A stretch of 64,000 nucleotides of DNA from Macrostomum lignano (lineage: Eukaryota): positions 919,335 through 983,334 of the forward strand of contig NIVC01000033.1 of the NCBI GenBank assembly GCA_002269645.1, given 5' to 3'. Shown here piece by piece: positions 11,801 to 25,320 of the stretch (within the stretch, counting starts at the first letter, position 1; every line of letters begins with the position of its first letter). The translations under genes were made by a program, and so were the position numbers. The notes below the pieces were generated by a model. It saw only the letters and a program-made list of their open reading frames with translations, was not told the DNA's origin and did no database searches.

Positions 11801-13283
11801 GGTCATTGATCCTCACCGCAAGCAAAAATAACTAGCAGATGATGCGGCGCGCAGCTGTGCCCGCTGCTGTGCGGCCCAGGCTCCAGCTCGCAGCTTGCTG
11901 TAGCTCCGGCCTCGCCAGGTGGGTTGCAGCGCCGCCGCACAGCGTCTGTGACGTTGGCCTCGCGACAGGCCTGGCGCCCATCTCGACGCGACTTCACCGT
12001 GTCTTCGCAGACTGCGCCGCCCTGCGGGAACTGGAAGCGACTGGTCTGCCTGGCGTACACGACTTCCAGACGGCGCACCCCGGCCGGGCCGCACTCCATC
12101 ACCCGGCGGGTTCCGGCGCAGATCAGCAGGTACTGCAGCTCTGCGATTGGCAGGTTGAAGTGTCTTGCTTTAGACAGGTGAATTTCTCAGTTAGGACACT
12201 AACTAGAGACCTAACTTTTACAAAAGACTTCATTGTAGGCCTATGATTTCGTCCTATAGGATTAACTTTTCGCTCAAATCAAACCTCTGCAGGATGCCGA
12301 TAGCAGACTGTCGTCTCATTTGAAAAAAACTAACCATGTAACCAAGATTCACCAAAGAGCAAGCAGGACCCCAAAAAGCTAATAATTAACCAACTCAGAC
12401 TCGTTGTTTTCTGTAATTTGTATATGTAAATTGATGCCGTTGCAAGACTGCAATGTATATAGCTTTTCCGGATAAAATTTAGCATACTAAAATAGAGAGA
12501 CAGTCCGGCGCACTTCTACATCAATTTTTTAACGCTATCCATCACATCGACTGACGCAGAAGTTAGCAGCAAAAACCCCAACTCTAATGCACTTTTAACT
12601 TCCGCAGCCAAAATTTGCAAATTTACAAACAGCATCCGTTTGCCCCACTGATCAACTGAGCAATTGCTCTTCAGTATGATAAGCAGCTTTGGCTGGGATT
12701 GTTGATGAAGCGATGAACAGACACTAATGACGAGGATGAGTAAAGAGGCTTTGACGCGTAAGAGTGAGAGATCGTGCGGGCGGAGAGGAAGAGATGAAGA
12801 GCTCTTAACATGCTTCCAGCCTGTGCCCTGAGCTGACAGTAAAGCTTTTGGCTGCCGCCTCACAATGATTCTGCAAGCTGATGAAGCACTGGATTAGCCA
12901 GCAAATGAAGCTGCAAACTTATTATGGGAATTAATGTGCTACTAAAGAATTAGGATGCCCACTTGCGTGACAGAAATGTTAAGAGAGCAAACTGAGCTTT
13001 GAGGAAAGGAGGGTTATTGACTGGGTATAGCTGATTGATGATTCAAAATTGAAGTCAATTGGCTATGCTACCCACATGACTGCAGCAGTGCAAGCTGCTA
13101 GCACTCACTGGGTCGGCAGAAGTATGCTGCAGACAGCGCCAGATTCTGCGGCACCTGACAAGAGCGGCCTGTCGCGCTTGAATTCCTGTCCTGGATGTAC
13201 AACCGCGGGTCGGAGTCCACGGTGCAGTTGAACTGCCTCTGGCTGGTATCGATTGTCGCTGATGAGCATCGAGATTGCAGGAC
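5817..13283 (-). CDS. EVA-1/EVA1C-like type I membrane protein: two SUEL (galactose/rhamnose-binding) lectin domains, TM helix, Q/P/S-rich tail ending in a PDZ-type motif (5' partial)
   Basis: Phase-consistent GT-AG exons 13283-13109, 12140-11817, 11645-11364, 7055-6614, 6228-5817. Exon 12140-11817 has the full 8-Cys SUEL pattern (ICAGTRRVMEC..AVC..QAC..RRC..ASC..HSC..LLVIFAC). Exon 13283-13109 has the last four SUEL cysteines (SRC..FNC..RSC..AAYFC). TM IILISVTAAVVGALLLATCIAFIVVV is followed by RLRGKRRHR. C-terminus is GVSYV*. Confidence 0.75.
8325..9601. repeat. 51-bp tandem minisatellite, 25 copies, intronic
   Basis: Unit ttccatcttgtcc(g/a)tttctctttctagcggtttc(c/g)ttgaaaccgggaacaa; 1277 bp / 51 = 25 copies. 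Lies in the 4.3-kb intron 11363-7056 of the EVA-1-like gene. Confidence 0.97.
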
Positions 13284-13312
13284 CTGAGAATCACGGTTGG
13301 GCCCGGACAATG

Positions 13313-14676
<1,364 letters not shown>

Positions 14677-15274
14677 AACCCTCACGAAAAATTTTAGTTA
14701 TTTTTTGCAATATTGTTGCTATATTTTTTTAAATTATGCATATTTATACGATATTGCTATTTATGAATTATAGCCAACAGATTTCCGTGTTTTTACGATT
14801 GTAAAAATAAGTGCAAAGATTTGCAAGTCAAAATATGAATACACAGATGAAGAGAGTTCTGTGCAATGCAGTCATCCGAAAGGATTTTCGGGCTCAGCTG
14901 GGTCTAGAATTCATCCCTACTGATTGCTCTGTTGATCCCAGTTTCTCCAGCATAGTAAGGACACTCCTAAATCATGGCCACGCCGGGCCCAGCACCCATA
15001 ATCAACAAACTGACGATCCGCGTGAGCTGCATCTCGAGCTCAGTTCGTCAGCGCACTCCCACCGATTGTCAGAGCGGGTTTGTCTTGGCCGACCAGTGCC
15101 ATTAGTTATGCGGCTTCAACTGCGGCAGATGGGATGGCGAGGGGGAAATGATAGGCCAAATCGAAGGTCCAAAGGAAATCCTGACAGCGGAGCCTGCTGT
15201 CATGAGTGTCATGAGAAATGAGGATTTCTGCATGGTGCACTTCTACTCGTAGAGAGTTTCTCCAGGCGACTCAC

Positions 15275-15604
15275 TGAAAGATTGGCAATTCTATCGCAGG
15301 TGCGATGCGTGAAAGTTAATAAAGTGGCCGGCTGACGGAACCTGTTCCCGCCTCCATCAGGACGGATGCCGAATCCCCGGGATTTCGGCAGCTGATTTTG
15401 CCTCCCACCAGGAAATGATTGTTTGCATTTGGGACCAGCGACCTCCCCTTGCAAAGAGAGGGCGGAGCAAGAAAGAGAGAAAACAGAGACGAAGGCAGCC
15501 CATAGGCCAGGGGCCAAGGGAAAGAGCAACACCAGACTCTGGCGCTGCTGCTGGAGAGGCTGCAGAACTGAAGGCTTTTGTATGGCCTGCGTGTCCCTCC
15601 GCAT
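15275..15604 (-). CDS. Candidate first coding exon of the EVA-1-like gene
   Basis: ATG at 15604; hydrophobic stretch SLVLLFPLAPGLWAAFVSVFSLSCSALS; ends FTHRTCDRIANLS at a GTGAGT donor, resembling the start of a SUEL domain (HACDGERLTL). I could not find a clean exon joining it to 13283. Confidence 0.45.
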
Positions 15605-18600
15605 CCCTCGCCGGGCCCTCTGGGCGTGAAAACCGACTACGTTTTATATGCGGCTCGCTGTTTCGTAATATTTGCATTGCAAGACTGACTGTGCAGCGCA
15701 GTTTATTGACCGCCCTCCCCAAATACTCTTCTCGATAGCTGGAAGTCCGCTCCGCTCTAACGCGGGCAGCCGCCTCGGCCTCACGCTCGCAACTCTCGAT
15801 CGCCTAGATCCGTTGCTTTTAGCAAAGAAATTCTCAGCAAACCAACGGTTCTGGGCTCTGGTTAAGCGCTACTGCTATGATGGTCAGTATCAGTTGCAGC
15901 TGTGTGAGGGATTTACCTTCCACTCACCGAGGACATCCACACAGCAGAGAACTTGATCCTTTCGAGCCCTCTCTGTCAGATCCCTGTGCAGTCACATTTG
16001 TTGGGCTTGACGGAGGCAGACAAGTTTTTTTAAACATGAAGCACGAACCGCTAAGCTTTTTGATCTTCCATACTTTATGCGCTTCGTTGCTTCATTTGTA
16101 GAAGGGTCCAGGCTACACTTAACGTGACAGACATTCAGGCATTGCAAAAACACACGCCATTCCTACTGAACGAAAAGAAATAAGCCTTATTTGTTCCTAC
16201 CGACAGGGGGTTTCCAAGAGGGCACTCTTTGCCATCTCTTCGACCGCCTCCAAGTCCGCCTCCGCCCCCTTCACCGTGGCACCGCAGATCCGCGTCCAAA
16301 AACTCAGCCCTATGGAAACTGGGGCTGCCGCTTTCGGGGCAAACGACGGCACCGGTAACGCCAGGGCAGATCAGGTGACGTCGGAGCGCGAGGTGCGATC
16401 TGGCAAACTGATCTGAAAACAGGTGGTTGCGTTTGTGTTTGAAAATTTTCATTAGCAATGGGATTGAAATAAAGTATATTCCCTACGCCTACTGGGTTCA
16501 GGGCTTTCTTTACTACTAGTCGTGGGGGGGGGGGGCAAGACACTGTTTCAAAAACCTTAAGAAAGACCCACGACTGCTTCACCCCTTTACCTGGCCACTC
16601 CAACACTTTTCTTCCATTGTTGTTTGGTGTCAAGTTCAACGAACCATGAAAAAGTGTGGAAAAAAGAAAGAACTGAGGTGCTCTTAATGCTGTAGTCAAA
16701 TCAACAATTGAAATTTCCACTGCTCCATCGATGCATGCAGCTGAACCGAAAATCGCGTTGTGTTCCACACTGCAGAGCTCATGACTCACCGCTCAGACTA
16801 GCCTTTCCCCAACTTCTGGCACTTACTGTTTTTATACGAACATGTCTCTGATCAATTCAATGCCTGTGCTTGCCTCCTTAAGTATCTTTTCTTATGCTCT
16901 TTATTCCTTAGCTTTAAGCCGGGGCTTCTCTTATGTTCCTTGAATAAAATTTGGGGCTCTGATGCTCCTTGCATACAAATAGGTATGTATTTGTATGATT
17001 TGAATAGATGCATACGAGCGTAAATAAATCATAAAATAAAGCTCCCTAACCTGCTTCTTTATCAGTAGTGTCTTTTCCACAAATTTTGATTCCGTTTTCG
17101 GTACGCGCTCGTAAATGCCTTTCGTTAAATTTGAGTTGGGCATCAGTTTTTTTATGCTAAATTTTTTCCGAAATTATCTGTGCATGACCCGGGCACACCT
17201 CTCTCTTTCTGTCGGCGGCGCCGATCTCCACGGAAATAATCCAATCAAGCCGACACTTTTCTCCCACTTTGCCAGATTAGAGCGCGCACCAAAGCCGCCA
17301 AGGAAGTGGAACCAGTTCGGAACTGGGCAGAAATGAGCGAGTAGAATACCGAATCCGCGACTTGTCTACGACCCACCCTCCAAATTCACTCTGGGAGACA
17401 CTCCGATATCTAACTGGGAAAATAGCTCTTATGCTGCCAAATAAGATCTTCGTTTCAATTCCTGTCTGCCATGGCGCTGCTCGGCCACGTCTCCCTCTCT
17501 CTCTATATATATTATTTTGTTTTTTGTCTATCACACAACTGACCCTGTAGGGGGTAGGTCACTAGCTCCGAACGATTGAGCTGAGACTGGAGCTCGCTGC
17601 TGGAAAATAAGGATTTCTCTATCTGAGCACGGGGCTGCGTCAGCCTGCCCGCGGCTATGATACTCTGGGAGAATCGCTGATTAAAATCGATCCTATCAAA
17701 GCGGCTGCGGTCGTCCCCGCGGCCTGTCGAGCCCCGGAGGCTGCGCCGATGAGGGCAGAGTGGAATTGGTAGATTGTCTGTCGTCTTACAGACCTGCCGC
17801 GTGTCTCATTGGCTGCTAGAGTCAAATGTTTATTCCGTATCAACTTAATGGCCGTTTTGTTGCCGTCAAGGTGGCTCTAGTGTTTTGAATTCCATTGACA
17901 CGAACTCGATTTGAGGACTGTTTTTTGAAATTTTGCAGCTTGTGTAGCAAATAATAATGAATAACATGAGTGGGGGTGTCAGTTCGCCTGTGTTTTGAGA
18001 GATATTTACGATGAGTACGATTACTTTTCGCAAGAACTGCACAAAGGCGTTTTACACTCTCGGTACATTCATATGAAAGTCCGAAACTCAATTTGAAATT
18101 TAGAGCTTATAAAGGTTCGACCCTTTAAAGAGTACAGTCTTCGGCGATGTGAAATTTCGAGCTTGTGAAAGAGACCCTCTACAGCTGGCAGTTGCGAATG
18201 CACGGCAGTTTACCGATGTGAATTCCATGACTTGTGCGTAACTTTTTCACCGCTTCATTCTTTAGTTGTGATTCGATGAGTCATTCCATGGCGGTGGAAC
18301 GAGCCAATGAATTCAGTGTCTTAGATGCAATTACACAAGACCTATTCAACATTTCGACGTACGGCGACGTATCCGACTTACCTGACGTCGGTGGACGTCA
18401 ACTGGCAAAAAGGATTTTTACCCAAAACTATCCATTTTCCAGCAACGTCGATAGACATCGCAAACTTCGTCGCAAACATCCATCCATCGACTTGTCTTCC
18501 TAATGACACAGGTTATCGCAATAATAGAGGCTAGAAACAGGACGTTCGGGGAAATTAAATACTCGGAGACTTTTTCGGGCTTAATGCATTTAAGAGCCTG

Positions 18601-21600
18601 CGCACTGGTTCCCGTGTGGACGACTTTTAGACCTCCTAAATTATCTACCTATTTCTTATTGAATTTCGTTTCGGTCCGCATCGACGGACCTCCATAGATG
18701 TTTCAGTAATTAATATAGATTAGATGCCTCAGATGTGCCTGTCTACTTGGCAAAGAAACTGTATTGAATCTTTCTAAACGTCAGAGGGCAATGCCCCTCA
18801 AAAATGACTCACGCCCTTGAAATCAGGGCTCGGTAACCGGAGCCTTCGAGCCTGGCGCACAAAGATGTCTCGTCATGTGAAGCATCAAGCTGCCAATCAT
18901 AATTATCTCCCTGACCCGACCAGCAAGCGGCCTGCTACTCGGGCAACGCCTATCTGGGCGTGAAGCTGTCAATTTTATCCCGGCAAAGAGCCCCTCGGAT
19001 GGAAATTGCGATGCCTGGCCTTTTTCCGGTTCCTTCTAATCAGCCGCGCTAGAGAGAAAAATAAATTGATGAGCTGAGTGAGCCGTCTGTCCCCTGTTCT
19101 TTTGAGTTCAATGGCTTCCGACACCCGGTTAAGCTGATTTGTAGAGACCAAGTAGAATTGGCACCCTGTATGCATCAGATATCCAAATTTATCTTAAACT
19201 GTGCTTCGTCTATAAGCAAGATCATTATCGGATCGGCCCCATTCCTTCAAGAATTAAGTTCCGCTATTTTACCAATCCATCGTTAATTGCCCGCACATGC
19301 TGTCCAACCAAATCCGGGAACCGTTCGGCTGTCACCCTTCCCCAACTTAGCCGGCCGTCATTATTTTCACACACGCTACGAGTATATTGACCAGCGGGTC
19401 GCGTGCGCCCTCATCAGCCCAGAATTCAAGTCGGAACGCCCCCCCCCCCCAGATTCCAGCCGCGACGGCGGCTGCGCTGTTCCCCAACTGTTTATTCTAT
19501 AAACAAGACCGCCGGCTCGTAAATCCTCTTCCAGACTTGAACCGCGCTTCTTACTTTCTTCTCTCTTTTCTTTCTTACCCCCGTTAACTTCGTGGTTTAC
19601 TATTTTTTTCTGTCAGATTTTAAATTTGACAGTCTGCGTCAACGCGATGATGGGAAAATTTGAGGAAGGAAGAATGCAGAGCTGTGAGGCAAGGACGGTT
19701 GACTAACGTGAAGCGGTCGGGAAATTTTCTCGGGGTCATGCGCCTCAGAGCGAGCTGCCTGATACACAATGAAATTTCAATCTCAGCTGATTTCTTTTCA
19801 GCAGCCAGCAGCCTCGCCACTGCTGGGAAGACTTTCGGCCAAACGATAGTTGACTCTGCGATAAAGTCGCAATCTTTGTCCTAAGAATTGACCTCAAATC
19901 AAAACGCAACTTTTGATCACACGAAAAAGCACTATGAGGTCGGCGAACAGGCCTTCAGTCACGCACCTTGGGCGGGTTTGGAAAGTCCCGAGGCGATGAT
20001 TTCGGTCGGAAGGGCAGAATGCAGGAAACAGCGAGATGCGGCGAGTAAAAGAGAAGTCACAAGGCTTGGCTTCCGAAAACTAGAATTAGAAGGAGTTACA
20101 CTGAAAGAAAAGTAAGTTTCTTGGAAATTAAGTCAAGTCAAGAGGCGAAAAAAAATCCTGTGAACCATACGCGCTGAATTGAAATGATATAGGGAATAAA
20201 ATTTGAGCTTGCGATCTTACGAGTATATGAGGTCGCTTCCTATTACAATGTTAAGTATCAAGCCTAATTTCCATAAAAGACTGGTCAACCTTGACAAACT
20301 CACCTTCCATGGCCAACTGGCTGACTCGATCAATGGTAATCTTGGTCGGTCTCCGGTAACTCGTGCAGTTCGGGCCATAGACGGCCAGCTGCGCGGCAAT
20401 CAGGAACAGCAGTGCCGACCGCATTTCCCTCTTGCTTCAAGTCTCCAAATCTTGTCAGAAGTGAAAAATCTGCGGCAGAATTTTTATTACTGTAAAACAA
20501 TTCAGTTTCCAAGGCTAAACTTTCACCCGCTTGGCACCGCAGAGCATGCCAGTCGCCTCGGGTGGAGCCGTGCAGCAGTCTACAGCAGTGGGTGTAGGAG
20601 CCCGGACTGACGACTTGGCGAGTTGGCAATATCAGATAGGCTCAGATATTGATTGTCTGTTTCTGTATTGTTCACTCGGTCCACGCAGTAGTAGCGACTA
20701 AGTGCTTTACTATTTGGTCTCAGTGAGTATAATTTGCTTTCCTCTCTCTCCAATATAGCGGATTCGCTGGAGTGCTCAGAGCCTCGCAGAGCAGTTGCAG
20801 TAGTTCAGACAGGGGCTGTTTAAAATTGAAGGCAAGCGCAGGGAAAAGGCATGCTCTTGCTACTGTTGTAGTAAATAGTTAAGGGGTGGGCCTTTTAAAG
20901 TCTGAGGAGTGAAGGCAGGGCCACTGGGCCAATCAGCAGCGCTGTAGACTGCCCATTGAGGTTCGACTGCATGAATTTCGCACTGAGAAGCTCATGCCAA
21001 GGGAGCACGAATGAAATGGGAGAAGCGCCCCTCCAGGCAGTCTTCCAAGGCAATCCGAACTCTGCTCACAATGCTCACAAACTGTGTGGCTGCCAATACC
21101 CTTGGGACGGTCACTCCACTGCATTTCCTTAGCTGGTTTCTGCAATTTACTACAAACAAGGGCTGAGACCGATCCAGTTCACAACTGCCACTTGTTTGCA
21201 GTTCTGCCACCGCTTTGTGCTCAGCTGGTTGATTGACACGCAGATGGAAAGAGGCCAGTGCACTCTGCAGCATCGCTAATTCGAGCTTAGTGTAACATTC
21301 AGGGATATGGTTCAGTATTTGCTGAAGCCATCTTGACACTGATGTGCGAAGCTAAAAATTCAACTAGAAGCCATGGCTTGAAAATTAAATCTATTGATTC
21401 TCTGTGTCCAATATATTCTTAGCAGGGGTAGCTGTTTTACTTACAGTATCAGCACCACTAACAGGTTCTCTGCCATGACAGGACAAAGTTTCCGATTCCA
21501 TCACTCCTCCTTCTCTGTGATCATTTGTGAGTCACTGTTATCCGATCAATAACGTAAGTTATGGAATGCGAGTTGCCCTTTATAGATTTCTCATTCGCAT

Positions 21601-22311
21601 TCCGGTTTCTAGTCTAAATTATGTACCCTTAAATGAACGATTATAGCTTAAAGAGCACTTCGAGATATTCAATAGAAAGCCCCAGGCCGTGACACCTCAC
21701 CTTTCTTCGGTTTAGGCTCGTATTGCAATACAAAGCACCCGATTGTATTCAAGGACACCAAGACTGCACTTGATTCAACCATACGAGGGTAATCCTGAAT
21801 TATTACTTGGCAGATTTGTAGCGAATTTGTTCACCAACAGTGTGTTTCTAGCTCTTTTGAGTGAATGCAAATCTGATTTTATGCGAAGAAGCTACAGACT
21901 TTACTGGCAGTAGAGCAAAAAGACAATTTTTAATATATAGAGCTAAAGTGAAAAGTTGAGTTCAATGATTGAATGCATTTTAGCAGATTTTGAATCTTAT
22001 TGGCAACTAAGAATCGTAATGTTGAATCGGCTTTCATAATTTTAAAACGAATGAAAAGTACAAAAAATATTGATACATGTTGCTAATTTGATGGAGGAAT
22101 ATTGGCAATTGTACTGCTAAAACGCGATATGGCGAATTCCATACAAAATTTGGGATTGCTTTCGGTAGCTCGTACTTTATGAATACCGAACAGAACTGCA
22201 TGGGTTTCTTTTTGTCGTGAACAATGGCTAACTGGTTGCGATGTAGCCTTTACTGGCGCACCTGGCAGAGAGGCAAAACAGCTTCCAGCGTGAATCTTGC
22301 CAACTAAAAAA

Positions 22312-23859
22312 TCAGTCTTCACTCTCTGTAGGGGAGCCAGTCACAGAAGCTTCGGTGAAGCCACCGTCCTCAAAGTGCGGATTCCACACTGCGTCTTGCA
22401 TATCGATTTCGCCATCGCCAGTTCTGGCAGTGCTGTACATGATTGGCTGTTGCGAGTGGCTGCGTCTCAGCTGGCCCCGCCTTGTTACCAGGAAGATTCC
22501 CACCGACAAACCGACTAACAGAAGGACGACCAAACCGGCAATGATGAGCCCCACTGCCATTGAACTCGGTGCTGAGGGCTTTGCCTGCCTGTCGGAACGC
22601 CTACCGGGCTCAGTAAAAGTGGAGGACACTGGCTTCGAAGTCATGGTAGTTGTCAAAGTCGGTTTCAAAAGTTTCGTAGTCTCTGATGGCCGTTGACGCG
22701 TTGTGGCAGAATTTGTGGTGCTTGAAGCTGGGTGACTTGAAGCTGTCACAGAAATTGTTGTTTTTTCGCTTGTTTTTGTAGTTGTCATGATCACAACAGC
22801 CTTGTTTGTCGTACTCGGTGTCGTACTTGGTGTCGTACTCGGTGTCGTACTCAGTGTCGTACTCGGTGTCGTACTCGGTGTCGTACTCGGTGTCGTACTC
22901 GGTTTACCTTTTGTTCTTCTTGTCATCGCTGAAATCGTTGACGTCCGCAGGAAGCCGGCAGTGCCCGTACAGACGGTGCTCTCTCCCAGCAGACGGTCGC
23001 ATTTGACAGTCTGAGGTGCCTGACGGAGCCAGACCAGCCTGAGATTTAGCCGGCGCGAGGCAAAGTGCGAACAGGTGAGGTTAGCTCCTGCCGCGACCGT
23101 TATGTCTCTAAGTCTGCGCAGGTCGCAGAAAGTTTTGTCAGAAATCTTTAGCTGCTCCACCATGACAGTGCGAAGGTTGATCGTTTCAAGGAGTGGAGAG
23201 GCAGAGAACGAGTCGGCATCCAGCTGTACGAACTGGTTGTTGGTCAGTTCCAGAATGCGCAGAGCAGACAGACCGCGCAGCAGCGATCCGTCCAGGCGGT
23301 TTAATTGCAGTCTAGTTATGCTCAATCGCTCAAGGTCACGCAGCTCAGCAAACGTTCCAGGCTCCACCTCCGAAACTTGGGGTGTTTCCAGCTGTAGATT
23401 TTGTAAACGAGCGAGCCGCGAGCTGAACACTCTGGCGGGAACCCTGCTGCCCGCCAGACGAACCTGCAGAGTCAGGCGGCGCCGAATGCCAGCCAGCGAG
23501 TCCAGACTGCCTGGCTGGAGGCTGCACTCGCCGGAGCCCGGAGTGAGTTCCAGTCGAAGACCCCATGGCAGGAAAAAGCAGGACGTAAGACCGCTTAGAC
23601 TGGCGATGGAAAAGTCTGCGTCAGAGTTGGCCGCCAGGCTGAGTCGAATGAGAGTCGGATCGACGTCTGGTTGAGGCTGCACAAAGTAGGCAATGTTATC
23701 GTCGCTCCCGCCACCTTCCGCACTGCAGTTGATGATTCGGGACACCATCGGGCACAGCAAGCGGTTTTGAGCTTGATCGCACCGCGAACCAGCTGCCTTT
23801 GATGCCGCGACCACCAGGTAGACAACAAGGCATTTTAGAAAACTGTGACTGATAGCCAT
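22312..23859 (-). CDS. Intronless LRR / mucin-like stalk / single-pass transmembrane protein (515 aa)
   Basis: ATG at 23859; signal peptide MAISHSFLKCLVVYLVVAASKA; N-terminal Cys cap; LRRs (LQNLQLETPQVSEVEPGTFAELRDLERLSITRLQLNRLDGSLLRGLSALRILELTNNQFVQLDADSF); Cys cap; (TTPS)n and T/S-rich stalk; TM MAVGLIIAGLVVLLLVGLSVGIFLV; short tail with YSTA and NPHF. Confidence 0.9.
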   Translation of the reverse strand: MAISHSFLKCLVVYLVVAASKAAGSRCDQAQNRLLCPMVSRIINCSAEGGGSDDNIAYFVQPQPDVDPTLIRLSLAANSDADFSIASLSGLTSCFFLPWGLRLELTPGSGECSLQPGSLDSLAGIRRRLTLQVRLAGSRVPARVFSSRLARLQNLQLETPQVSEVEPGTFAELRDLERLSITRLQLNRLDGSLLRGLSALRILELTNNQFVQLDADSFSASPLLETINLRTVMVEQLKISDKTFCDLRRLRDITVAAGANLTCSHFASRRLNLRLVWLRQAPQTVKCDRLLGESTVCTGTAGFLRTSTISAMTRRTKGKPSTTPSTTPSTTPSTTLSTTPSTTPSTTPSTTNKAVVIMTTTKTSEKTTISVTASSHPASSTTNSATTRQRPSETTKLLKPTLTTTMTSKPVSSTFTEPGRRSDRQAKPSAPSSMAVGLIIAGLVVLLLVGLSVGIFLVTRRGQLRRSHSQQPIMYSTARTGDGEIDMQDAVWNPHFEDGGFTEASVTGSPTESED

Positions 23860-23913
23860 GGCTCAGAGAATTCAGCTTTGTGAGTTTTGCTTGGCTCTAC
23901 CACAGAAACTGGG

Positions 23914-23936
23914 TATTTAAAGGACGTTTGCATTGG
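23914..23936 (-). promoter_or_regulatory. TATA-like and CCAAT boxes upstream of the LRR gene
   Basis: Minus-strand TTTAAATA (23921-23914) about 55 bp upstream of the ATG, and CCAAT (23936-23932) just upstream of it. Confidence 0.45.
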
Positions 23937-25320
23937 CTGATACAAATATTTCTGTATGCAAGTTGGCAATATTTTATCAAGATATCGCCCTGTGATATGA
24001 CCATTCCATTCCATACGGTCAGCTATCTCAGTGACGCCAGGCATATTGCAGCAGTTGCCATATCAGGCCTTGAAAAGTTTTCGTCAACCATCAGGGCGTT
24101 TCCGGTTGTGCAACCAGCTGACCAACCGGCGTTTCCGGTGCAGCACTTGGCAATTAATTTTGAGCGTTTTGAATGTGCTTCAGAGGTCACAGATAGATAG
24201 AAGAAAAATTCACAGTTAGGCTAGTTTTTACCTGAACTGTGAAATACTAAAGATGCCAAGACTTAACAGTACTAAAGAAGAGGGGTAGTGAATTAGAGAC
24301 TTGACAGATTAGTGAATTCAGACTTAACATTTAAAACAGTTAGATACAAAAATAATATATTTCGACACTCTCTTAGATTTTGCATTTGGAATCGAAATGA
24401 ATGTATTATAATAAAATAATCTTGAATATATCAGCAATAGAATGCGTATAACACAGAGCACTCAAAGTTAAAACATGATTGAGATTTCTTTACAGACAGA
24501 CGTAACAGAAATTACTTTAGACATTAATTTCAAACAGAAAAAGAGACGACCGGCAGGTGCAAAAAAGCATTCAAAGTTTGCTTTGCATCCAAAGTTAGTC
24601 ATATGCGATTCGCAGTAAATGAATAAATCGGCAACCTGTAAATCAGTTGTAGAGCGTTTTAGACTGAAGAACGCAACAATACGCGACCCGCATAACGCCA
24701 AAGCAACTAGAAAAGCAAACTGAATGTTTTTTCGCATTACAGTATCGACATGTAACTATAGGTACACTTGTGCAGCCAATTAACTTATTTAAGAATCTTG
24801 AATGCGCAGATATGTGTACGTGTATGACGAGTAAGTCATGGATAACACTGAAGCAGAAGCAGAATTCGATTTCTTAGAAATTAGTTGAAGGCCGGTGAGA
24901 AACGTACACTTATCGCACCGCTAGTGCATTCAGTATGCTCTAGAGAATGCATAGCTCTAAATGGGTTTTTGCCATAGACAAAATCCACGCTGTAAAATCT
25001 GTAATACGAGTATATGAGCTAAATTCTCTTCGGAATATACGTTCCTTATCGACCTCCAGGCCTATTTTCAAGAAAATCCAGCTTAGAGTCCTTTCTACAT
25101 CAGCTGTCCATGAGAGATGCACGGACACAGTTGTTAAACCATTAAAGCGTTGGAGGAATCGGTTCTTAGGAACAGAATGCAGTATACAAACTTGAAAAAT
25201 GTGCTTTTTTACTTTAGAGTCTAGCAATCAATCATCTATACTAGTTGAAGGATTAGCTCTTTATTAAGTCTGGAGAAATCACTACGTGGCAGCTACTCAG
25301 CCTGACCTCCTCTAGGAATC

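Noticed and set aside
23075-23674. 199-aa plus-strand ORF and others overlapping the LRR gene
   Set aside because: Antisense shadows of GC-rich coding sequence; no recognisable motif.
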